From Thermovirgaceae bacterium (GTDB taxonomy: Bacteria; Synergistota; Synergistia; Synergistales; Thermovirgaceae), in NCBI GenBank assembly GCA_046542505.1, contig JBKHBH010000005.1, forward strand, positions 1-52,764: a DNA stretch of 52,764 nucleotides, in the 5' to 3' direction. The notes below the pieces were generated by a model. It saw only the letters and a program-made list of their open reading frames with translations. It was not told the origin of the DNA and made no database searches. The translations under genes and the position numbers were made by a program. Below, in pieces: positions 8,103-15,777 of this stretch (position 1 is its first letter; every line of letters starts with the position of its first letter).

Positions 8103-9224
8103 ATGAAGCGCCTCGGGTTGATCGTCAACCCAATAGCCGGCATGGGAGGCCCCGTGGGTCTCAAGGGGACCGACGGCAGGAGTACCTACGAAGAAGCTCT
8201 CCGCCGCGGAAGTGTCCCGCGCGCCGAACAACGCGCGCGGGACGCCCTGCGGGCGTTGGAAGCATACAGGCACAATCTCGAAATTCTTGCCTGTGCAGGC
8301 CCCATGGGGAAAAATGTTGTTTCCGAGGCCGGATTTGATTGCAGAGTCGTTCTCGATCATTTTCAGGGAGAATTCTCTACGAGCAAGGACACAATCCGCG
8401 CTGCGCACCTTATGCGCAAGGAAAGTGCGGACCTTGTGCTCTTTGCAGGAGGTGACGGAACCGCCCGCGACGTGTGTGAAGCCATAGGGACTTTTGTTCC
8501 CGCGCTGGGCATCCCTGCGGGAGTCAAGATCCATTCAGGAGTCTTTGCGGTCAGCCCGAAAAGGGCGGGAGAGATGGCGAAAACCTTTCTCTTCGGCGGT
8601 GCAAGAGGGCGGACCAAGGAAATGGAAGTCATGGATATCGACGAGGATGCCTTCAGAAAAGACCGTGTTCAGGCCAGACTTTACGGGTACCTTTCGGTGC
8701 CCTGGGACCGGGGAAGGGTGCAAGGGTCGAAAGCGGGATCAGCAGCCTCTGAACAGGCTTCTCAGCAGGCGGTGGCCGAAGATATCGTCGAAAGGATGCT
8801 TCCTGAAAGAGCCTATATTCTTGCTCCGGGAACAACGGTGCGGGAAATTGCGCGGCGGCTTGGAGTCGAAAAGACGCTTTTGGGGATAGACGCTGTAAAA
8901 GGTGGGAGGCTTCTTGCCAGAGACCTGAATGAAAAAGAACTGCTGGAACTTCTGCAAAAAGAGGCATGTACCATCGTGGTCAGTCCTATCGGGGGCCAGG
9001 GATATATCTTCGGGAGGGGAAACCAGCAAATAAGCCCCAGGGTTATATGGGCTACGGGCAAGGAAAACATCCTCGTCGCCGCGACACCTCACAAGCTGGC
9101 GACCCTTGCGGGCAGGCCCCTTCTCCTCGATACAGGTGATGTGAAACTGGACCGGGTTCTCAAAGGTCCATGGCCGATTGTGACAGGATATCACGAGACA
9201 AGCATGTATCCCGTTTCTTTCTAG
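8103..9224 (+). CDS. ATP-NAD kinase family protein (AcoX-like)
   Basis: LIVNPIAGMGG.VGLKGTDG, GGDGTARDV, GIPAGVKIHSGVFA, GGQGYIFGRGNQQ, LDTGD. Confidence 0.85.
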   Translation: MKRLGLIVNPIAGMGGPVGLKGTDGRSTYEEALRRGSVPRAEQRARDALRALEAYRHNLEILACAGPMGKNVVSEAGFDCRVVLDHFQGEFSTSKDTIRAAHLMRKESADLVLFAGGDGTARDVCEAIGTFVPALGIPAGVKIHSGVFAVSPKRAGEMAKTFLFGGARGRTKEMEVMDIDEDAFRKDRVQARLYGYLSVPWDRGRVQGSKAGSAASEQASQQAVAEDIVERMLPERAYILAPGTTVREIARRLGVEKTLLGIDAVKGGRLLARDLNEKELLELLQKEACTIVVSPIGGQGYIFGRGNQQISPRVIWATGKENILVAATPHKLATLAGRPLLLDTGDVKLDRVLKGPWPIVTGYHETSMYPVSF

Positions 9225-9241
9225 AAAGAAATTCAAGGGAC

Positions 9242-9288
9242 AAAAAAGGACGAAAGGGGTTCACGGGACCCTTTCGTCCTTTCGTTTT
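9242..9288. terminator. Bidirectional intrinsic terminator between convergent genes
   Basis: AAAGGACGAAAGGG (9245-9258) / CCCTTTCGTCCTTT (9269-9282), flanked by A- and T-rich runs. Confidence 0.8.
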
Positions 9289-9306
9289 ATCGTTTTTGAA
9301 AACTAA

Positions 9307-9861
9307 TTACTGCGCACATTCTTTTCCGAGCCTTCGTGCCTCTTCCAGCCTGTCAGTTCCTTCGATGTCGTCAGGTCCGTGTACGCCGGAAGCATGAACC
9401 CTTCCGAGGATGTTCATTCCCAACAAGGCCGCCGATTTGTCCAGCGCGAAATCCATGCCCTCGAATACGTCGCTTGCAACGTCACCGCCTGCGGCCAAAA
9501 GAACGCAGCCTTTTCCGTTAAGGGTTTTTGACGCCTTGTCTGACGCGTAGGGTAGAAGGCGGTCCCAAAGCGCCTTGATTTGCGCGCTCCAGGTATACCA
9601 GTAGAGAGGGGCCGCGAAGACGAGGACGTCAGCGTCATCAATGGCCATGTATACTGAATCCATATCGTCTTGCAGAATGCAGTGTTTGCCGGCTTCCCAG
9701 CATTTGCGGCAGTCGATGCATGGCTTGATTGCCTTTTCGTTCAAAGGGATGAAATCGACATTGGCACCAACTTCTCTGGCACCTTCCGCAAAAGCCAGGG
9801 ACATTTTTTCAGTGTTCCCGTTCTTTCTGGGGCTTCCGAGAAAAACGAGCATCTTTTTCAC
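9307..9861 (-). CDS. Flavodoxin-family iron-sulfur flavoprotein (NADPH-dependent FMN reductase fold)
   Basis: GSPRKNGNT FMN-phosphate loop, CIDCRKC......C cysteine cluster, APLYW, K...DR. GTG start overlaps the upstream stop. Confidence 0.88.
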   Translation of the reverse strand: MKKMLVFLGSPRKNGNTEKMSLAFAEGAREVGANVDFIPLNEKAIKPCIDCRKCWEAGKHCILQDDMDSVYMAIDDADVLVFAAPLYWYTWSAQIKALWDRLLPYASDKASKTLNGKGCVLLAAGGDVASDVFEGMDFALDKSAALLGMNILGRVHASGVHGPDDIEGTDRLEEARRLGKECAQ

Positions 9862-10763
9862 GATAAAGAAACCTCCTCGTAAAAATTTTTAAACTTTTCG
9901 TGGATCCTGATAATCTCACGACGCACGGAAACATCCACCGGTTCAAGGGGCGGCCGCGGTGGGCCGCCATAGAGTCCTGCGTGATCCATGGCCGATTTGA
10001 GGCCGGGAACTCCAAAGCGCTTTGTGACTGCCTGATTAATGTCGATCAGCGCGAGCTGCAGGCGACGCGCCAGGACCATGTCCCCTCTGGAAAATGCGTC
10101 AAAAATGGCGCGACATGCCTCGGGGAAAATGTTGGCGACACCCATGGTTGCTCCATTGCATCCGACAGCGAGAGAAGGAAGCAAAAAGCTTCCGGATCCG
10201 GCGAACACACTGAAATCCCTTGCAGCGTTTTTACAGATCTGGGCGATCTGGACGATGTCACCCGAGCTGTCCTTGATGCCGGCGATGTTTTCATGGTGAG
10301 AGAGTTCGGAGGCCAGATGCCAGTCAAGGTTCCACCCCGTATTTGCAGGCATATTGTAGAGGACGACGGGAACAGGAGTGAGGTCGGCAACTTCGGTAAA
10401 ATATTTCAGGACGGCACGATGGGAATTCTGCCCCTTATAATAATGGGGAGGGAGAACAAGGACGGCGTGGCAGCCCGATTCGGCGGCGGCGAGGCTCAGT
10501 TCGGCGGTTTCTGATGTTGAGGCGCAATGGGTTCCTGCTATGATCGTGAATCTTTCGCCGGAAAGGCCTGCGCAGACCTTGAAGAGCTCGACTCTTTCTG
10601 AAAAACTGAGAAGAGGCCATTCGCCGTTCGAGCCTGCGATGACGAGACCGTCAAGGGGGGTTTTCTTCCAGTGAAGGATGTTTTTTTCGAGGGCGTCAAA
10701 GGAAATTTCCCCCTCTTTAGAAAAGGGTGTCGGAATAGGGGCGAACATTCCTTGTAGTATCAT
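9858..10763 (-). CDS. DapA/NAL-family aldolase, 4-hydroxy-2-oxoglutarate aldolase (HOGA)-like
   Basis: PIPTPF, GSNGE, YNMPANTG, Schiff-base IKDSSGD, FAGSG, VTKRFGVPGLK..MD..G.YGGP.RPPL. Confidence 0.85.
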   Translation of the reverse strand: MILQGMFAPIPTPFSKEGEISFDALEKNILHWKKTPLDGLVIAGSNGEWPLLSFSERVELFKVCAGLSGERFTIIAGTHCASTSETAELSLAAAESGCHAVLVLPPHYYKGQNSHRAVLKYFTEVADLTPVPVVLYNMPANTGWNLDWHLASELSHHENIAGIKDSSGDIVQIAQICKNAARDFSVFAGSGSFLLPSLAVGCNGATMGVANIFPEACRAIFDAFSRGDMVLARRLQLALIDINQAVTKRFGVPGLKSAMDHAGLYGGPPRPPLEPVDVSVRREIIRIHEKFKNFYEEVSLS

Positions 10764-10921
10764 GGTTACACGTCCTTTCGGAGTCTCGATCAGGCCGCCT
10801 GAAGTTCATTGAACAGGTACGGGTTTCAAGAATAACTGCTCCAAGAGACCTGTGCAAGGAAAAAGAGACGGGACGACCAATCTGCTCGGGAGAGGTTCGG
10901 ACATCTCCGCCGGAGGGAAAA

Positions 10922-11857
10922 ATGAGCGAGATACGGGTCGGGACATGTTCCTGGAGCGACAAGAGCCTTCTGTCAAGTGGATGGTACCCTGCACAAGCAG
11001 GCGATGCCGCGTCAAGACTGAGGTTTTACGCGAGCCGTTTCGACACCGTCGAAATTGACAGCAGCTTTTACGCGATTCCCTCGGAGGCCGTGCTCTACCA
11101 ATGGGTTTCCCGGACTCCTCCTGCCTTTGTCTTCAATATCAAATCCTTCGGCCTGTTTACTCATCATTTTGTAAACACGGCGTCGCTTCCGCAACGATTC
11201 AGGAAGGAGAGCAAAGAAAAAAACAGGATACGGCTTTCGGACCTGTCGAAAGAACACAGAAGGGACCTCTGGGAAATTTTTTACGAGCGCGTGATGGTTC
11301 TTCACAGGATGGGCAGGCTGGGATACCTTTTGTTTCAGTTTCCGCCTTCTTTTGACTACAGTGAGGCGGGACTCGGCTACATCAGGAGACTGGCCGGAAT
11401 CAGCAGGCCTGCGAGAGCGGCCGTCGAGGTGCGTCATCGATCCTGGATGGAAAAGGGGCGAAAAGAAAGGCTACTTGATCTTCTTCGCGAGGAAAACATG
11501 GCATATGTGGCTGTGGACGAACCTCGCCTGCTCTGGACTGTCCCCTTCGAATGGCACGTAACCGCTACCTGGGCGACAGTGTTGAGGCTTCACGGAAGAA
11601 ACAGCGATGCCTGGATAAAAAAACGAGCGACCGCTGCGGAACGTTTTGCGTACCGGTACGATCCAGCAGAGCTCGGGGTCTTTGCGGAGGAATCCAGGCG
11701 CCTCGCGGGGTCCGCAGAGCGGATATTCATTATGTTCAATAACTGCTTTCGGGATTTTGCCGTGAAAAACGCACTCCAGATGAAAGAACTGCTCGGAATG
11801 GAAAGTGACATTTCGTCCGGCGAACAGAAAGGGCTGGATTTCGACGAAAACTCTTGA
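10922..11857 (+). CDS. DUF72 (YecE-like) protein
   Basis: IRVGTCSW, FDTVEIDSSFYAIP, LFQFPPSF, VEVRHRSW, RLHGRN, YRY, FNN. Confidence 0.9.
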   Translation: MSEIRVGTCSWSDKSLLSSGWYPAQAGDAASRLRFYASRFDTVEIDSSFYAIPSEAVLYQWVSRTPPAFVFNIKSFGLFTHHFVNTASLPQRFRKESKEKNRIRLSDLSKEHRRDLWEIFYERVMVLHRMGRLGYLLFQFPPSFDYSEAGLGYIRRLAGISRPARAAVEVRHRSWMEKGRKERLLDLLREENMAYVAVDEPRLLWTVPFEWHVTATWATVLRLHGRNSDAWIKKRATAAERFAYRYDPAELGVFAEESRRLAGSAERIFIMFNNCFRDFAVKNALQMKELLGMESDISSGEQKGLDFDENS

Positions 11858-11891
11858 ACAGAAAGACAGCTGCCGGGGGAGGAGCAAATTT

Positions 11892-12863
11892 ATGAATATT
11901 CTTTTTGGTGGAAAAGCATTTGAAAAACTGCTGCCTCATTTCAGACCTCTTCTGGAGGGGCACAAACTTTCTGTTGCAGCGTCGGCGGATGACTTGCCCG
12001 AACTGGTGAAAGATACCGAGATCCTTGTTACAGGACCTATGCCTGTTACCGAAGAGCTTCTGGCCAAGGCTCCCAGATTGAAGCTTGTGCAGCAATGGGG
12101 TGTCGGAGTGGAAACGATCGACATTGATGCTTGCTCGAAACGAAATGTCCTTGTCGCAAACGTTCCCTCCCGGGGGACGGGGAATGCAGAGGGCGTGGCG
12201 GAAATCGCCGTCCTTCACTTGCTTATCCTGGCACGGAGATACGGCAAGGCGGTGCAGAATATTTCGAAAAAGAGGCTTTATTCTCCACAGGGGATCTCGC
12301 TTTGGGGGAAGAAAGCTGTTGTCATTGGACTCGGAAATGTCGGGCAATGTATTGTGGAGCGCCTGAGAGGATTCGGAATGCGTCTTGCGGGAGTGAACCG
12401 GACCAGACGCCGGGAGCACGAAAAGATGGGAATTGATTTATACGGACTGGATGATGTGGAAAGGGCTTTAAAAGGGAGCCGATTCATCCTGCTTTCCCTG
12501 GAGTTGAACGAGTCGACGCGAAGCTTTGCCGACAAAAAATTTTTCAGCTTTTTTCCTGAAAAGAGCTTTTTTGTCAACGTGGGTCGGGCGGGGCTTGTTG
12601 AAAGGCCGGCCCTTGAAAGAGCGTTGGAGAGGGGCGTTTTGGCCGGGGTGGGCATGGACGTTTTCTGGGACGAGCCTGCCGATCCTGAGGACCCGCTTCT
12701 TTCGAATCCACAGGTTGTAGTCACTCCTCATATCGGTGGAATTACAGACGCCGCCTTTGAAAAGATAACGTCCTTCGTGGTGGAGAATATCAAAAACATC
12801 GCCTTGGGGGAAAGACCTAAATCCCTGCTGAACCCGGAAGTCCTGAAAGGAACGTGTTCATGA
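11892..12863 (+). CDS. D-isomer-specific 2-hydroxyacid dehydrogenase
   Basis: GVGVETID, NAEGVAE, IGLGNVG, NVGRAGLV, DVFWDEP, TPHIGG. ATG 11892 with GGAGG RBS. Confidence 0.9.
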   Translation: MNILFGGKAFEKLLPHFRPLLEGHKLSVAASADDLPELVKDTEILVTGPMPVTEELLAKAPRLKLVQQWGVGVETIDIDACSKRNVLVANVPSRGTGNAEGVAEIAVLHLLILARRYGKAVQNISKKRLYSPQGISLWGKKAVVIGLGNVGQCIVERLRGFGMRLAGVNRTRRREHEKMGIDLYGLDDVERALKGSRFILLSLELNESTRSFADKKFFSFFPEKSFFVNVGRAGLVERPALERALERGVLAGVGMDVFWDEPADPEDPLLSNPQVVVTPHIGGITDAAFEKITSFVVENIKNIALGERPKSLLNPEVLKGTCS

Positions 12864-13573
12864 CCGCATTAAACCGTGCCGTGACGACTGCAGGTGAGAT
12901 TGCAGGGATAACCAGAAACGTTCTCTTTGATTTTGACATGACCCTTGTTGACAGCAGTGAGGCAGTCACCTTCGGATTGCAAAAGCTGTCCGGGGTTTTC
13001 TCGCTTCGGAAACCCTTGAAAGAGGAAATTTTTCGGACCATCGGGCTTCCCATGGATCGGGTGATGAAAGTTCTGTGGGGTGAATGCAGGGAGGAATGGC
13101 TCCAGTATTACCGCCAAAAGCTGTCGCCTTCGGAACGAAAATACCTGAAACTCCTGCCCGGAGCGGCCGGTCTTCTTGAAACCCTGCAAAGCATGGACAT
13201 TGCCTGCGGGGTTGTGTCGAATAGGGGGTCACTGAAGAATCTCGTCAGAGAATTCGGTCTGGAGTCGCGTTTCAGGACGATTCTTGTTCTGAACGACGGG
13301 TTTCCGCCCAAACCGGATCCCCTGTCTTTGCTTTTCGCCATGGAGCACCTTGGTGCAACAAAAGACGATACAATTTATGTGGGTGATTCCGTCATTGACA
13401 TAGAAGCTTCGCGGCGCGCAGGGGTTTTCTGTTTTGCTGTGGCGACGGGCTCTACAGGGCGCGATGCTCTTTTTTCTTCAGGAGCCTTTGACGTCTTCAA
13501 TTCGTGCCGGGAAATCGAGCAATTGTTCAAAAGGCAGAAAACCGAAAGGGCTTTAAAACGGGATGAAGGGTAA
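12860..13573 (+). CDS. HAD-superfamily hydrolase (phosphoglycolate phosphatase-like)
   Basis: FDFDMTLVDS motif I, VSN, KPDP, YVGDS.ID; ATGA overlap with the upstream stop. Confidence 0.88.
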   Translation: MTALNRAVTTAGEIAGITRNVLFDFDMTLVDSSEAVTFGLQKLSGVFSLRKPLKEEIFRTIGLPMDRVMKVLWGECREEWLQYYRQKLSPSERKYLKLLPGAAGLLETLQSMDIACGVVSNRGSLKNLVREFGLESRFRTILVLNDGFPPKPDPLSLLFAMEHLGATKDDTIYVGDSVIDIEASRRAGVFCFAVATGSTGRDALFSSGAFDVFNSCREIEQLFKRQKTERALKRDEG

Positions 13574-14507
13574 CGGACGGAGCTTCAGAAAGCGGTTTTT
13601 GGGAGTTGTCTATTTTGTTTGTGTCCTGTGCATTATAGGGGCTTCCTTTTACATATATGGCGCCTGGTGGAAGAGATACCTCGGACAGAGACCCGGCGTG
13701 GTGGTGGCGAAACCACATGTCCACAGCGATCAGATTCCTGTCGAAGCGGCCCTGCTCTGGAGGGAACAGGTAGTTAAAACCCCTTACAAGGGGCGCGTCC
13801 GGTATCCAGGGGGACAGGGGCCTTTTTTCGTGGGGACGAAGGGAACGATAGCCACGATTTCTGCCCCGAATGGCAAGACATATGCCCTGCAGGTGGAGAA
13901 ACCGGGTTTTTTTCTCGCGGCTCTCGATGGTTTGGAAGGAAAATGGAACTACAATACCCTTTGGCGGGGTTCGTCCCGCTTCCCACAGATTCGGCCCCTC
14001 CAGTTCATCCCTGAGGGGACCATGCTGGAAAAAGGTGATGCCGTCGGGAAAATTGTTTATCAGCCGCAGCCACTACGAGCCGTAATATATGTTCAGACGG
14101 ATTCCGGGTTGAAGGCCGAAATTGCCGACCACCGGATAGCTCTCAAGAAAAAGGAAGAGGACTTGCCTTTCGAGGTGGAAGTCAGGGCGGCAAATTCCCT
14201 GGGGCGGATGGTCAAGCTGTACCTGACAGTCCCTTTTTTTCCGAAAAACCGGATTCTATCAAGAAAAGAAAACTTTTTCCTGTATCTTGGAGAGAAGAAG
14301 GGAGTTGTCGTTCCCGAGAGTGCCGTTTCGACGAAAGAAGGCAGGCTCTGGGTCTATGTGGTGAAAGGTGATTCATCCTTGAGAAGGGAAATCAAAGGGG
14401 TCCCCCTGCAGGAAGATCGTTTCCTCGTCACGGGTGGGGTGGAACCCGGAGAGATGGTTCTCGTTGACAGTGACAAAGGAAAGGGAGGAGTGGTCAGGAT
14501 ATGGTAG
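13563..14507 (+). CDS. Membrane-anchored HlyD/membrane-fusion-like hypothetical protein
   Basis: N-terminal TM segment, lipoyl-like ..EKGDAVGKIV, C-terminal VVVPESAV....G..WVYVV...GVEPGEMV membrane-proximal pattern; overlaps both neighbours. Confidence 0.6.
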   Translation: MKGNGRSFRKRFLGVVYFVCVLCIIGASFYIYGAWWKRYLGQRPGVVVAKPHVHSDQIPVEAALLWREQVVKTPYKGRVRYPGGQGPFFVGTKGTIATISAPNGKTYALQVEKPGFFLAALDGLEGKWNYNTLWRGSSRFPQIRPLQFIPEGTMLEKGDAVGKIVYQPQPLRAVIYVQTDSGLKAEIADHRIALKKKEEDLPFEVEVRAANSLGRMVKLYLTVPFFPKNRILSRKENFFLYLGEKKGVVVPESAVSTKEGRLWVYVVKGDSSLRREIKGVPLQEDRFLVTGGVEPGEMVLVDSDKGKGGVVRIW

Positions 14508-15208
14508 GATCCCTGTCCGTTGCCGAAAGGGTTGCAATGGTAAAAGGCAAGATCGATGAAACGTTGTCCCGGTCGAAACAGGTGAAACGGCACGTGCAGA
14601 TTGTCGCTGTGACAAAAACCCGAACGGTAGAGGAAATGATTGAGACCGCACGCTCAGGGGTTGACGCCATCGGGGAGAACAGGGTGCAGGAAGCCCTCGA
14701 CAAGCATGAGAAGTGGCCCGAAGATCTGGACATTCCCTGGCATATGGTCGGGTATTTGCAGAGAAACAAAGCGAGAAAGGCACTTGAAATCTTTTCCTGC
14801 ATCCAGAGTCTTTCGCGAAGACGCCTTGCGGATACGCTCCAGCGGCTTATGGTAGAAAAGGGAGAAGATCTTTCTGTTTTAATAGAAGTGAACATTTCGG
14901 GCGAAGAATCGAAACACGGAGTTGAACCGGCCCAGGCCGAAGAACTTGCGGGATATGTGCTCAGCTATTGTAGCCGGCTCAGGCTGGAAGGGCTGATGGG
15001 GATAGCGCCTTTCACGGAAGACGAAAAAACTGTCCGGAATGCCTTTGCAAGGCTCAGAATTCTCAGGGACGAACTTTCGGCACAGGTGGGTGTCGACCTG
15101 CCGACATTGTCAATGGGGATGAGCGGAGATTACCTGTTGGCTGTTGCAGAGGGGAGTACCATGGTGAGGATAGGAACGGTGCTTTTCGGCAGCCGAAGAG
15201 CCGGATGA
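14501..15208 (+). CDS. yggS: PLP homeostasis protein (YggS/PLPBP)
   Basis: IVAVTKT, IGENRVQE, WHMVGYLQRNK, VNISGEESKHG, LSMGMSGDY, GSTMVRIGT.LFG. Confidence 0.95.
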   Translation: MVGSLSVAERVAMVKGKIDETLSRSKQVKRHVQIVAVTKTRTVEEMIETARSGVDAIGENRVQEALDKHEKWPEDLDIPWHMVGYLQRNKARKALEIFSCIQSLSRRRLADTLQRLMVEKGEDLSVLIEVNISGEESKHGVEPAQAEELAGYVLSYCSRLRLEGLMGIAPFTEDEKTVRNAFARLRILRDELSAQVGVDLPTLSMGMSGDYLLAVAEGSTMVRIGTVLFGSRRAG

Positions 15209-15249
15209 CGGCGTATACGCCGGAATATGGGCGAAAGGTGGGATCAGGT

Positions 15250-15777
15250 GTGGGAGAAATCCTTACAGTTCTCGATATTGAGACGGTTTCTTTCAACAAG
15301 ACATTCAGGGGGTACAGCCCCGAAGAAGTCGAGGAATTTCTTGAAAAGGTGGGTGAATCGATACAGGTCTATTCGGAAAAAGTCAAGGCTCTTGAAGCGC
15401 GCATAACCAATATGGAAGACCAGCTGAAGGAGTATCAGGAGATCAAGACTTCCCTGCAGGATGCTCTTGTCCTGGCTCAGAAAAGTGCTGAAGAAAGGGT
15501 CTCCAATGCAGAAAACAGGGCCGAAGTCATTCTGGCGGAAGCGGAAGCAAAAAGCCACAAGATCATTATAGATGCCAAGGAAAATGCGGATTCATATAAA
15601 AGGGACATAGAGCGCCTGCGCCAGGTCAGGTACCAGTTTGTTGCGGAATTCAAGGGCCTTGTCTCGAAATTCGGTTCCATGTTGAATGCTCTCGAGACAC
15701 CGCAGCTACGTGAAGAACAACGCGAAGAAAAACCTGAAGGGAAACCTGAAGAAAATTTCGAGGAGCAGGTGCGTTGA
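15250..15777 (+). CDS. divIVA: DivIVA domain protein
   Basis: LT..DI....F.KTFRGYSPEEVEEFL N-domain followed by a coiled coil (LVLAQKSAEE...A...AE.I). GTG 15250 or ATG 15205 start. Confidence 0.85.
   Translation: MGEILTVLDIETVSFNKTFRGYSPEEVEEFLEKVGESIQVYSEKVKALEARITNMEDQLKEYQEIKTSLQDALVLAQKSAEERVSNAENRAEVILAEAEAKSHKIIIDAKENADSYKRDIERLRQVRYQFVAEFKGLVSKFGSMLNALETPQLREEQREEKPEGKPEENFEEQVR

Noticed and set aside
7085..8164. 359-aa minus-strand ORF, and similar ones at 29975-31042, 36913-37875, 18733-19572 and 4012-4806
   Set aside because: Antisense shadows of well-supported genes, expected from codon bias at this GC content.
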